Source: Bdellovibrio sp. (GTDB taxonomy: Bacteria > Bdellovibrionota > Bdellovibrionia > Bdellovibrionales > Bdellovibrionaceae). From it: a DNA stretch of 23,314 bases. This document shows positions 1 to 8,478 of the stretch, piece by piece (within the stretch, counting starts at the first letter, position 1; the number at the start of each line of letters is the position of its first letter). The DNA lies in the NCBI GenBank assembly GCA_046318155.1, contig JBKCUU010000034.1:1-23314 (forward strand), in the 5' to 3' direction. The translations under genes were made by a program, and so were the position numbers. The notes below the pieces were generated by a model, which searched no databases, was not told where the DNA came from, and saw only the letters and a program-made list of their open reading frames with translations.

Positions 1-184
1 CGGCGATGGCCATGACGGTGAGCATGCACGATCCTAGCGCCGCACCCATCAGATCGGTGGGCGAGAAACGCTCACCTTTGCCGTTGTTGTCTTTGGGCGC
101 ATCCGTTTCGAGCTTGCTTTGCGAGGGACCGTGCGTGAACTCGCAATGTTTGTCACCCTGATAAAGTCCAGTCAATTTGACCAT
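1..184 (-). CDS. OsmC/Ohr-family (YhfA-like) protein, 5' part; runs off the left edge of the window
   Basis: Not in the ORF track. Manual translation from the ATG at 184 gives MVKLTGLYQGDKHCEFTHGPSQSKLETDAPKDNNGKGERFSPTDLMGAALGSCMLTVMAIA. 'TDAP..N.G.G..FSPTDL...ALGSC' is the OsmC-like signature with the first conserved Cys. A GGAGG SD lies just upstream. Confidence 0.88.
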   Translation of the reverse strand, partial: MVKLTGLYQGDKHCEFTHGPSQSKLETDAPKDNNGKGERFSPTDLMGAALGSCMLTVMAIA

Positions 185-186
185 TC

Positions 187-1455
187 GTGTCCTCCCGCTT
201 TCGAACGCTCGACTTTTTGTCATGGGTTCGAAATGATGAATGCGTGGATGATGTCAAAAAGCTCAAGGAAGTGGCAAGTCAAAGTTTGCGGGCCAATTTG
301 GTCACGCACGACAGTGGAACTTTTTTGCGCGCAGGTGCGCATCAATTTGCCAGTCTTTGGACACGGGATTTTGCCTACGCCGTTCCGGGGCTTATGGCCA
401 CCGGTCATCAGAAGGTCGCCGAGCACCACCTGACCACCTTGCTGAACTGTGCAAAGGACTCAGACGGCCTTATTCCTCGGATTCTTGAGCGCGGCCATTC
501 AAAGTTCACGGTGCTCAAATGGACCTTGCTCAGGCCCTTTCAGTTGCAACCGAGTGAGAGCACCCAGTGGGGCTCTGCCAAATTAAAACCCGAGTTTTAT
601 GGCGAACATGGAACGCGGGCTCTTGATTCGGGTCTTTTGGTTTTGCTGGCTTGTTTTACCATCGGTTTGCCAGCGAAGCAGACGACGAAAGACTCCAGCT
701 TTTGGACGACAAACGAGGAGTCGATCAAGCGGGTTTTCGGTTACTACCAAGCTCAAACGGCAGGATTTAAAAAGCTGCTGGTGCAAGGGGCGTTTGAGGA
801 TTGGCAAGACAGCGCGTGGCGCGAAGGTGTGAACAGTTACGTGAACATACTTTTGCTCTGGGTTTTGTTCAAAGCAAAATCGATTGGCTGGGTAACGGCT
901 GAGACAGCAGCGAATATGCAGGCCTTGTTTGAAATTCATTTTGCTCGTACCGAAGGGTTGATCCCGCTGGAACAAGCGGGAGCTCAAGCGTCGCTTGAAA
1001 CCCAACTGCACGCGATTGAGATGGGCTTGGAGTTTCCTGAGTGGCGGGCGAAGACTGAGTCTCTCTGGCGAGATCTCAAAAATTCGCACCTCTGGAGGCA
1101 AGGATTGGGATTGCCGGTGGATCCTCCGTACCGGCCGGATCAGATTAGTTTTTTGACCAAGGCCGTCGGCCTTCGTCACTATCATGATGGTTTTCGTTGG
1201 ACCTGGCTGATTGCGGAAGTGGGGCGCGTGGCTCTGCTGATGAACGATTTCACCGTTGCCGAAACTTGTCTTCGCGAACTTTTGCAATCGCGAGATCAAG
1301 GTGCGATCACCGAAATTTTAGATTTGCGCGAGCCCAAAGCGGTTCGCACCTGGGCTTATCGGTCCGAGGCGCCTTTTTCTTGGGGCGCCGGGCGCACGGT
1401 GATGTTTTGTGATGCTTGGCTGGGTCTTAAGAGCTCGCCGACGAGTAAAACTTAA
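187..1455 (+). CDS. Six-hairpin (alpha/alpha)6 glycosidase-like protein (amylo-alpha-1,6-glucosidase / glycogen-debranching C-terminal-like)
   Basis: Motifs AGAHQF..LWTRDF, WQDS, YHDG.RW.WL, EILD and FSWGAG are typical of this fold. The start at 187 is only 2 nt from the divergent osmC-like start, so the true start is probably TTG 217 or GTG 244. The 3' end overlaps the convergent permease gene by 29 nt. Confidence 0.7.
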   Translation: MSSRFRTLDFLSWVRNDECVDDVKKLKEVASQSLRANLVTHDSGTFLRAGAHQFASLWTRDFAYAVPGLMATGHQKVAEHHLTTLLNCAKDSDGLIPRILERGHSKFTVLKWTLLRPFQLQPSESTQWGSAKLKPEFYGEHGTRALDSGLLVLLACFTIGLPAKQTTKDSSFWTTNEESIKRVFGYYQAQTAGFKKLLVQGAFEDWQDSAWREGVNSYVNILLLWVLFKAKSIGWVTAETAANMQALFEIHFARTEGLIPLEQAGAQASLETQLHAIEMGLEFPEWRAKTESLWRDLKNSHLWRQGLGLPVDPPYRPDQISFLTKAVGLRHYHDGFRWTWLIAEVGRVALLMNDFTVAETCLRELLQSRDQGAITEILDLREPKAVRTWAYRSEAPFSWGAGRTVMFCDAWLGLKSSPTSKT

Positions 1456-2212
1456 GCGCGTAATTCCAAAAACGGCGGCTCATCCATAAAAACGAGAACG
1501 AAACAAACAAGGTGAGTGGCAGGAGATAAAAGTCTGGGGGCTCCAGCAAAAAGCGCGAGGGCACGCTGGCAATTAAGCCCACGGGCAGAACCGTGATCAC
1601 GACAAACTTAAGCCATGGCGAGTAAATTGAATCCGGCCGCATACCTAGCCGGTAGAGCTGATACCACATGTACTGCAAGTTCTCGCTGCGGGTAAAGATC
1701 ACGGCCGTCGTCGAAATCATAAAGCGAATGCCGTACAAAGCAATGAGTCCCGAGGGGATCAAAATCAACAACCACAAAAGACGAAACCAATTAAAATCGG
1801 GGAGCTGAGCTAAGGACCAAATCAGCCAAGCCGAACCCAGCAACAAGTTGCCCGTGATCGCGGTGTTGGCGCGCTGGCAGCTCATCATAAACTGCGAGTT
1901 CACGGGTTTGGCAAGGAGCAGATCCATTTCACCCTTGCGAACGCGGTCGCTGATTTTATCTAGATTCTCGCTCAGGATAATCATGTAAAGCGCATCCACG
2001 ACAAAGAGCATACCTAAAAACACGCGGGTTTCGGGGAGGCCCCAGGTTCCGAGTTTTTCGGTGTGCAGAAAAAGCGCTTCAAACGTAATAATCTGGGCCG
2101 CGTACCAAAAAATATCGGTCACGATGCGCGACAAAAAATTCATCCGGTACTCAAGATCAGCTTTGAGACTGGCGACCAGAAAAGCGCGGTACAAACGCAA
2201 GTACTTGAGCAT
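1427..2212 (-). CDS. ABC-2 family transporter permease (DUF990-like)
   Basis: 261 aa with about 6 hydrophobic segments. N-terminal 'LEYRMNF' and central 'GEMDLLLAKPVN' motifs. Adjacent to a second permease and an ABC ATPase. Confidence 0.9.
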   Translation of the reverse strand: MLKYLRLYRAFLVASLKADLEYRMNFLSRIVTDIFWYAAQIITFEALFLHTEKLGTWGLPETRVFLGMLFVVDALYMIILSENLDKISDRVRKGEMDLLLAKPVNSQFMMSCQRANTAITGNLLLGSAWLIWSLAQLPDFNWFRLLWLLILIPSGLIALYGIRFMISTTAVIFTRSENLQYMWYQLYRLGMRPDSIYSPWLKFVVITVLPVGLIASVPSRFLLEPPDFYLLPLTLFVSFSFLWMSRRFWNYALKFYSSASS

Positions 2213-3025
2213 TTAGGCCCCCGTCCCAGCATATTTCGAAACGCCGCGCTTCCAGCTGTAGGCCGCAATCAAACCAAACACGATCAGTCCGTAAGTCGCC
2301 GTGATCCAGCCGCGATAATAAAGTTCAGAATCAAAGCGCCCCGTCAGGTAACCCACGGGGATGTACACCGCGTTCGAAAAGGGCAGCCACGTGAGCGCAT
2401 TTTTAATGTGTTCTGGAAACAGATCCAGCGGGACCAGTTCGCCTGAGAGGAGCCACAAGCCTAAGTTTTTGGCGACGGTCAAGGCGTGCGTGCGGTTCAA
2501 ATAAAAAGCAAACGTCGCAAAAATAAAACTAATCGTCTGGACCACGAGCAAATAGTACATCACCAACAGGAGCGCGGGGATCAAGCGGGACCAAATGACC
2601 GGGAGCTCAAAAACCAAACAGGTCGCCACAGGAACTAAGAGCGAAACCACCGTCGTGATCGACTTGTAGCCCATGAATTGGCTCAAATAATATTCAAAAA
2701 AAGAAAAGGGCCGAGTCAGCAGCGAGTTGATTGAACCTGAGTCGATCTCTTCGACCATTTTAAACTCATACATCCACGTCGACGTCAGCCGGGCCATAAA
2801 AGCAGCCCAGATGGCGTAAGACAAATAGGCATTGAGGCCAAAGCCATTAATTTGCGTGGCGCCGGCGCCCGCAAAAAGCGCAAACCAAAGCGTGACTTCG
2901 ATCAACGACGTCACGGTCGGCTGCAGGACTGCATCCGTTAAAAAATTAAGACGGTACTCAAGATTTGTGAGCACCGCGAGACGGAAGAAGGCCAGATTCC
3001 TTCTCCAAAAACTCGCGAATAACAT
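2213..3025 (-). CDS. ABC-2 family transporter permease (DUF990-like), second subunit
   Basis: Motifs 'LEYRLNF', 'EIDSGSINSLLTRP' and 'LSGELVPLDLFP..LPF...YIP'. Start is ATG 3025 or TTG 3031. Overlaps the ATPase 3' end by about 70 nt. Confidence 0.88.
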   Translation of the reverse strand: MLFASFWRRNLAFFRLAVLTNLEYRLNFLTDAVLQPTVTSLIEVTLWFALFAGAGATQINGFGLNAYLSYAIWAAFMARLTSTWMYEFKMVEEIDSGSINSLLTRPFSFFEYYLSQFMGYKSITTVVSLLVPVATCLVFELPVIWSRLIPALLLVMYYLLVVQTISFIFATFAFYLNRTHALTVAKNLGLWLLSGELVPLDLFPEHIKNALTWLPFSNAVYIPVGYLTGRFDSELYYRGWITATYGLIVFGLIAAYSWKRGVSKYAGTGA

Positions 3026-3974
3026 CTTCAAAATCCCTCTCTTCGATGGTGATGTCCTTGATGCCGGGAAGATGCGTAATTTTCGATAAAACTTCGGCCA
3101 GCTCGTCGTTGGTCACCTGCAACGATAGATTTTGCTGGGCACTTGGTAAAGTGTGCAGACCTAAAATTGGCAGGTCTTTCTCGAGGGGCTCGGCCAGCGA
3201 GAAGCGCAGCAATTTTTTGCTCTCGGTCTTGCGCGTGAATCCATCAACAGTGCCGTCATAAACCATCGCACCCTGAGAAATCAGCATCAAGCGGTCAGCC
3301 AACTTGGCGATGTCGTCCATGTAATGGCTGGTCAAAATCACGGTTGGTTTTTTTAGAGCCACGTACTCTTCTAAAAATTTACGAATCGCACTTTGAGCGA
3401 CGATGTCGAGACCAATCGTGGGCTCATCCAAGTACAGCACCTCGGGTTCATGCAGCAAAGAGCCGATGATTTCCATTTTCATGCGCTCGCCCAGAGACAG
3501 TCGGCGAAGCTGCGTTTCGAGAACGTGCGTCGCACCTAAAATCTCGGCCAAGAGGTGCACGCGTTTTTTGGCCTCAGTTTTGTCGAGGTCATAAATTTCA
3601 GCCAGCAGCGCATAGCTGTCTTTAGGCGTGAGGTCCCACCAGAGTTGATTTTTTTGCCCCAGCAAGATTGAAATCTTGCGCAGAAAATGGGGATTGCGGT
3701 CCGACGGCTTGTAGCCCAAAACTTTGGCTTCACCACCTGAGGGGTGCACAAGTCCCGACAAAACTTTGAGCAAAGTGGTTTTGCCCGCACCGTTGGCGCC
3801 GACGAGTCCGACAATTTGCCCGCGAGGAATTTGGATCGTCGTGGGCTGCAACGCGACTTTTTCTTTGTGCTGGCGGTTCCAAAAACCTTTGAGGCTATTC
3901 ACCAAGCCTTCGGGCTTGATGTAAGTTTGGTAAACCCGCGAGACGCTCTGGGTTTCAATGGCCCACGGGCTCAA
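2958..3974 (-). CDS. ABC transporter ATP-binding protein (ABC-2 exporter type)
   Basis: Walker A GANGAGKT, signature LSLGERM, Walker B LYLDEPT and H-loop TSH. The TTG start overlaps the upstream TGA stop (TTGA, 3971-3974). Confidence 0.95.
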   Translation of the reverse strand: MSPWAIETQSVSRVYQTYIKPEGLVNSLKGFWNRQHKEKVALQPTTIQIPRGQIVGLVGANGAGKTTLLKVLSGLVHPSGGEAKVLGYKPSDRNPHFLRKISILLGQKNQLWWDLTPKDSYALLAEIYDLDKTEAKKRVHLLAEILGATHVLETQLRRLSLGERMKMEIIGSLLHEPEVLYLDEPTIGLDIVAQSAIRKFLEEYVALKKPTVILTSHYMDDIAKLADRLMLISQGAMVYDGTVDGFTRKTESKKLLRFSLAEPLEKDLPILGLHTLPSAQQNLSLQVTNDELAEVLSKITHLPGIKDITIEERDFEDVIREFLEKESGLLPSRGAHKS

Positions 3975-4525
3975 ACGGCCACCACTTCCTTGATGCCAGG
4001 AAACAGCTCTTTCATGCGAACTTCGATGCCTTCTTTGAGCGTCGCTTGGCTCGACGGGCAGCCCGCGCAGGCGCCCTTCATTTGGATAAAAAGCACGTCG
4101 TCTTCGAGTTTGTTAAAGACGATGTCGCCGCCATCCAGCGCCACGACCGGGCGGATGTCTCGAGCAATTGCTCTTTTGATATCTTTCACCAGAGGTGGGT
4201 CATTGGCGTCTTCATCATTGGTCGAGAGGCTGGTGTCGATGTTTAGGTACACGGGTTCGCCGCGATCGAGATGCTCTTGGATCAAGCCCGAGAGGGGTTC
4301 GGCCAAAACATCCCAGTCGACCCAGTCTTGTTTGGTGACGGCTAAAAAGTCAGGGCCCAAAAAAACACCCGAGGTCCACGGAAAGCCAAAAATCTTGGAA
4401 GCGAGCGGAGAAATCTCGGCCTCTTGCGCTGTTTTGAAGTCTTGCGATTTCTCGGTGACTCTTTCGGCAAACAGAAATTTCAACGTCGCGGGATTTGGGG
4501 TGTGTTCAAAACGCACTTTGTTCAC
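3971..4525 (-). CDS. Nfu/NifU-family Fe-S cluster carrier (Nfu_N scaffold domain plus NifU C-terminal CxxC domain)
   Basis: N-terminal 'EHTPNPATLKF' and C-terminal 'IRPVVALDGGDI...MKGACAGCPSSQATLKEGIE'. Start placed at GTG 4525, preceded by AAGGAG. Confidence 0.92.
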   Translation of the reverse strand: MNKVRFEHTPNPATLKFLFAERVTEKSQDFKTAQEAEISPLASKIFGFPWTSGVFLGPDFLAVTKQDWVDWDVLAEPLSGLIQEHLDRGEPVYLNIDTSLSTNDEDANDPPLVKDIKRAIARDIRPVVALDGGDIVFNKLEDDVLFIQMKGACAGCPSSQATLKEGIEVRMKELFPGIKEVVAV

Positions 4526-4611
4526 TCGAGAATCTCCTTGATTCGTGGGTCTTCTTGTTATTAGTCTCAAGCCACTTTTTTGTCTGCTTTCAAAATCGGA
4601 AGGAACCCAAT

Positions 4612-5535
4612 ATGACACCACGCGTTCGCGAGATCCTAAGCTGGTACGGCGCTGACACTCCTGGCGTTTTGACAAATCTCTCACGTTTGCTGAATCACGG
4701 TCGACTCAAAGGCACCGGCAAGATGGTGATATTGCCCGTTGATCAGGGTTTTGAGCACGGCCCCGCGCGCTCTTTCGCGATGAATCCAGATGGCTATGAT
4801 CCCGCTTATCACATGGAACTGGCGATCGAGTCCGGTTGCAACGCCTACGCGGCCCCCCTCGGTGCTCTTGAATCCTGCGCGCGTGAGTTCGCTGGCGAGA
4901 TTCCGCTGATCCTTAAAATCAACAACTCCGATACACTCTGGAGCAACAAATCTCCGATCTCGGCCCTGACCTCGAGTGTCGACGATGCGCTCCGCTTGGG
5001 TTGTGCAGGGATTGGTTTCACGATTTACCCCGGATCAGGTGAACGGAAACATCAGTACGAAGAAATTAAGGCTGCAGCCGGTGCCGCTAAAAAAGCGGGC
5101 CTCGTTGTTGTGATTTGGTCTTACGCGCGCGGCGAGCAAATCTCGAAAGACGGCGAGACCGGCATCGATGTGATTGCTTACTCCGCACACATTGCGGCTC
5201 AACTGGGCGCGCACATTATCAAAGTCAAACCGCCAACGGCACACATCGAGCAAGAGGCCGCTCGTAAAGTGTATGACGCTCAAAAAATTCGGGTGGGTTC
5301 GCTCACCGACAGAACGAAGCACGTGGTGCAGTCTTGTTTTAACGGCAAACGTATCGTGATCTTCTCCGGTGGCGAGGCCAAGACGACCGACGTTCTTTTG
5401 AGCGAAGTCAAAGAACTCGCACAAGGCGGCGCGTTTGGTTCGATCATGGGCCGCAATGCCTTTCAGCGTCCCAAGAAAGAAGCGATCAAGCTCTTGCAAG
5501 ACGTGCAAGATGCGTTCGCTGGCAAGCCGCTCTAA
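4612..5535 (+). CDS. fbaB: Class I fructose-bisphosphate aldolase (DhnA/FbaB family)
   Basis: Motifs 'ILPVDQGFEHGP', Schiff-base region 'LGAHIIKVKPP', 'FSGG' and 'GRNAFQR'. ATG 4612 is preceded by AAGGA. Confidence 0.9.
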   Translation: MTPRVREILSWYGADTPGVLTNLSRLLNHGRLKGTGKMVILPVDQGFEHGPARSFAMNPDGYDPAYHMELAIESGCNAYAAPLGALESCAREFAGEIPLILKINNSDTLWSNKSPISALTSSVDDALRLGCAGIGFTIYPGSGERKHQYEEIKAAAGAAKKAGLVVVIWSYARGEQISKDGETGIDVIAYSAHIAAQLGAHIIKVKPPTAHIEQEAARKVYDAQKIRVGSLTDRTKHVVQSCFNGKRIVIFSGGEAKTTDVLLSEVKELAQGGAFGSIMGRNAFQRPKKEAIKLLQDVQDAFAGKPL

Positions 5536-5561
5536 TCGAACCCGTTACAAAGAGGTGACCG

Positions 5562-7106
5562 ATGTCCGAAAAAAATCCTGAAGTGACGAACGTGAAAAAC
5601 GAGATCAAATCAGAGGTGCGAACCGAGAATCCACTGCGCGCCGAAAAACGCCGCAAGCTGCACGCGCTTCGCGAAAAGGGCATCAATCCGTTTCCTTATT
5701 CTTTTGACCGCACGGCGATGACTCAAGAGATTCGTGATCAATTCGACGCCAAACTTCAAGCCGGCGAAAAGGTGTTGGATTCGAACTTTCGCTTGGCGGG
5801 TCGCTTGATGACTTTGCGTGCAATGGGAAAGGCCTCCTTCTTTAATATTCAGGATCAGTCCGGCTCTCTGCAAATTTACCTGAAGCTCGAAGAGCTCTCA
5901 CCCGAGGCGAAAACCGCTTTTGATCTCATCGATTTGGGCGATATCGTCGGCGTCGAGGGCTACGCCTTTAAAACTCAAAAAGGCGAGATTTCGCTGCATG
6001 CGAAGAATTTTACGATTCTAACAAAGACACTTGAGCCTCTGCCCGAGAAGTTTCACGGTGTGGCCGACATCGAAATCAAATACCGCCACCGTCACTTGGA
6101 TCTCATTTCTGATGTTGAATCGCGCAAGGTCTTTGAGACCCGGTCAAAAATCATCCGCGAGATTCGTAAATGGATGGAGGGCAAAGGCTTTCTCGAGGTC
6201 GAGACGCCCGTGTTGCAGCCGATTTACGGCGGCGCCGCAGCTCATCCCTTTGATACACACCACCGCGCCTTGGACATGAAGTTGTTCATGAAAATTTCGC
6301 CTGAGCTTTATTTGAAGCGTTTGATTGTTGGCGGCTTCGAGAAAGTTTTTGAGATCGGTAAAAACTTTCGCAACGAAGGGATCGATCGCACGCACAATCC
6401 TGAGTTCACGATGATGGAGTGGTACGAGGCCTATACGGATTACAACCACCAGATGAATCAGTTCGAAGAGTTGATTTCGCATTTGGCAAAAACGATCACG
6501 GGCTCGTTTGTCGTGCCGTTTCAAGACAAGCAAATCGATTTCACGCCCCCTTGGCGGCGGTTGACCGTTTTTGATGGCGTTCGTGAGTACGGCAAAATTG
6601 ATCCGGACCAAGCTTCGCTCGAGGACTTGCAGGCCAAATTGATTTCAATCGACGGGCAGTACAAGGATCCCAAAAAACTGGCGGCCTTGTCGCGTGGTGA
6701 AATTGTCATGAAGATTTTTGAAGGCACGGCTGAAGAGCACCTGTGGCATCCGACATTTGTCCTTGATCATCCGGTTGAAATTTCGCCGCTCACCAAAATT
6801 CACCGCCAAGATTCGCGCTTGGTTGAGCGCTTTGAGCCCTTTGCGGGCGCGATGGAGATTGGCAATGCCTTTTCCGAGTTGAATGACCCCGAGGAGCAAT
6901 ACCAGAGGCTCAAAGAGCAAGAGTCAAAACGCGTCCACAACGACGAAGCGCATCCCATGGATGAGGATTTCTTGCATGCGATCGACACTGGAATGCCACC
7001 AACGGGTGGTGTCGGGATCGGGATTGAGCGCATCGTCATGCTGCTCACGAACCGCCCGAGCATTCGCGATATTATTTTGTTTCCGACGATGAAGCATCAA
7101 AGATGA
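5562..7106 (+). CDS. lysS: Lysine--tRNA ligase (class II)
   Basis: OB-fold N-terminus, 'LPEKFHG', 'EVETP', motif 2 'FRNEGIDRTHNPEFTMMEWY' and motif 3 'GMPPTGGVGIGIERIVM'. SD GAGGTG upstream. Confidence 0.98.
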   Translation: MSEKNPEVTNVKNEIKSEVRTENPLRAEKRRKLHALREKGINPFPYSFDRTAMTQEIRDQFDAKLQAGEKVLDSNFRLAGRLMTLRAMGKASFFNIQDQSGSLQIYLKLEELSPEAKTAFDLIDLGDIVGVEGYAFKTQKGEISLHAKNFTILTKTLEPLPEKFHGVADIEIKYRHRHLDLISDVESRKVFETRSKIIREIRKWMEGKGFLEVETPVLQPIYGGAAAHPFDTHHRALDMKLFMKISPELYLKRLIVGGFEKVFEIGKNFRNEGIDRTHNPEFTMMEWYEAYTDYNHQMNQFEELISHLAKTITGSFVVPFQDKQIDFTPPWRRLTVFDGVREYGKIDPDQASLEDLQAKLISIDGQYKDPKKLAALSRGEIVMKIFEGTAEEHLWHPTFVLDHPVEISPLTKIHRQDSRLVERFEPFAGAMEIGNAFSELNDPEEQYQRLKEQESKRVHNDEAHPMDEDFLHAIDTGMPPTGGVGIGIERIVMLLTNRPSIRDIILFPTMKHQR

Positions 7107-8029
7107 CGGGTCTTTTTCAAGCTCTCGGATCGGCGGTTGTTCTTTTGTTGCTGGGTGTGGGTTGTCAAACCACGCCAACGCAAACCTTTGAGACCAAAGA
7201 CAACTTTACCAAAACGCCCCTGCATGCGCGAGCAACGGTGCTTGATGAAAAAACGGTGATCGTGGATGCCCGGGCCCCATTTGCTTTTGCATTGTCGCAT
7301 CCGAGCCGCGCCCTTTCTGTACAGTGGGCTGATTTTACCGAAAAAGAAGCACCGTTTGAGGGCTACCTCGAGCAGGATTTGTTCTTTCACGCGAGACGTT
7401 TAGCCCGTATGGGGATTGGTCCCGATTCTGATGTTTTGATTTTAGGCAGCGGACGCGCGGGCGCCGGCGAAGAGGGCCGTTTGGCTTGGACGTTGCGCCG
7501 GATGGGTCTGACCAAGGTTCGCTTTGCCGCTTTGGATTCGATTCGTGCGAGCATGACCAACGAAGCCCAGCCACCGCCGGCCGAGGTGACGATTTGGAAA
7601 CCAGTGCCTGACGAGTCCCTTGAAATTAAGCGCGCCGATGCCATGGCAGATATTCAAAAGTTAAAAGCGGGTGTGGTCGTTTTGGATGTTCGGACCGAAA
7701 AAGAATATCTACAGGACGCTGATCTGTTTAACAGGTTGAACCTCATGCCCAAGCTGATCAATGTTCCTTGGGTCGATTTTTTGAGTGAACAAGGAACAGC
7801 GCACGCCCAACTCGAGGCGCGGTTAAAAAGTATCGGGGTCGAAAAGTCGGATCTCATTTACGTGATTGATGACCGCGGCGTGAAGTCGGCCGGTGCGACC
7901 TTGATTTTGCGAGAACTCGGATTTTTGCGGGCGGCAAATTGGACGGGTGGTTTTCGTGAGCTTGATTGGTTCCAAAAGTCGAGATCAAGCGTAAAGCCCA
8001 AGCTCAACCCAAAGAAACAATCTCGCTAA
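7103..8029 (+). CDS. Tandem rhodanese-domain lipoprotein lacking the catalytic Cys
   Basis: Lipoprotein-like signal (LLLLGVG-C21). Two rhodanese repeats ('VIVDAR..F...H' with 'RLAWTL..MG'; 'VLDVRT..EY' with 'NWTGGF.E'). ATGA overlap with the lysS stop. Confidence 0.8.
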   Translation: MTGLFQALGSAVVLLLLGVGCQTTPTQTFETKDNFTKTPLHARATVLDEKTVIVDARAPFAFALSHPSRALSVQWADFTEKEAPFEGYLEQDLFFHARRLARMGIGPDSDVLILGSGRAGAGEEGRLAWTLRRMGLTKVRFAALDSIRASMTNEAQPPPAEVTIWKPVPDESLEIKRADAMADIQKLKAGVVVLDVRTEKEYLQDADLFNRLNLMPKLINVPWVDFLSEQGTAHAQLEARLKSIGVEKSDLIYVIDDRGVKSAGATLILRELGFLRAANWTGGFRELDWFQKSRSSVKPKLNPKKQSR

Positions 8030-8050
8030 CTTCAGCCGGACCGTTCGCTC

Positions 8051-8467
8051 TTACTTTTGCAGTTTCTTTTGTACGGTCTTTTTGGCTTTGTCTTTTTTCG
8101 CCTTCTTCGTGCTGGCCGGGAGGCGCATTTGATCTGCAGCCACGGGTCGCTGCACGCCCACGGTATTCATGCAGCTGACGCGTTCAAGGTCCGAGAACTC
8201 ATCGTTCTTGCAAGCGCCTAGTTTTTTAGGATCGAAGCTGTAGAGCTTTGAATTCTCGAGACAGCGCATGAACTCGTCATTCGAGAACTGGTCATTGCAA
8301 AGTGCAACGACGTAAGAATCGCCCACCTCGCGTGTCGCCGTAAAGCACTGCTCTTGTCCGTGAGAGTCCAAAAAACGCTCGCACGCAGATTCGGGCTTGA
8401 TGGGTTCGATGTCGGCAAAGGCGGCACCCGAAAACAAAAACAAAAAAGTGAGAATGACCTTCGTCAT
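8051..8467 (-). CDS. Secreted cysteine-repeat hypothetical protein
   Basis: Signal peptide MTKVILTFLFLFSGAAFA, three C..F..C repeats and a Lys-rich tail. SD GAGGAG upstream. Starts 11 nt after the HD-GYP stop. Confidence 0.8.
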   Translation of the reverse strand: MTKVILTFLFLFSGAAFADIEPIKPESACERFLDSHGQEQCFTATREVGDSYVVALCNDQFSNDEFMRCLENSKLYSFDPKKLGACKNDEFSDLERVSCMNTVGVQRPVAADQMRLPASTKKAKKDKAKKTVQKKLQK

Positions 8468-8478
8468 CGATCGTCTCC

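Noticed and set aside
583..1299. 238-aa minus-strand ORF
   Set aside because: Antisense to the glycosidase gene, with atypical composition and no motifs.
3744..4541. 265-aa plus-strand ORF
   Set aside because: Antisense shadow of nfu and the ABC ATPase, with no recognisable motifs.
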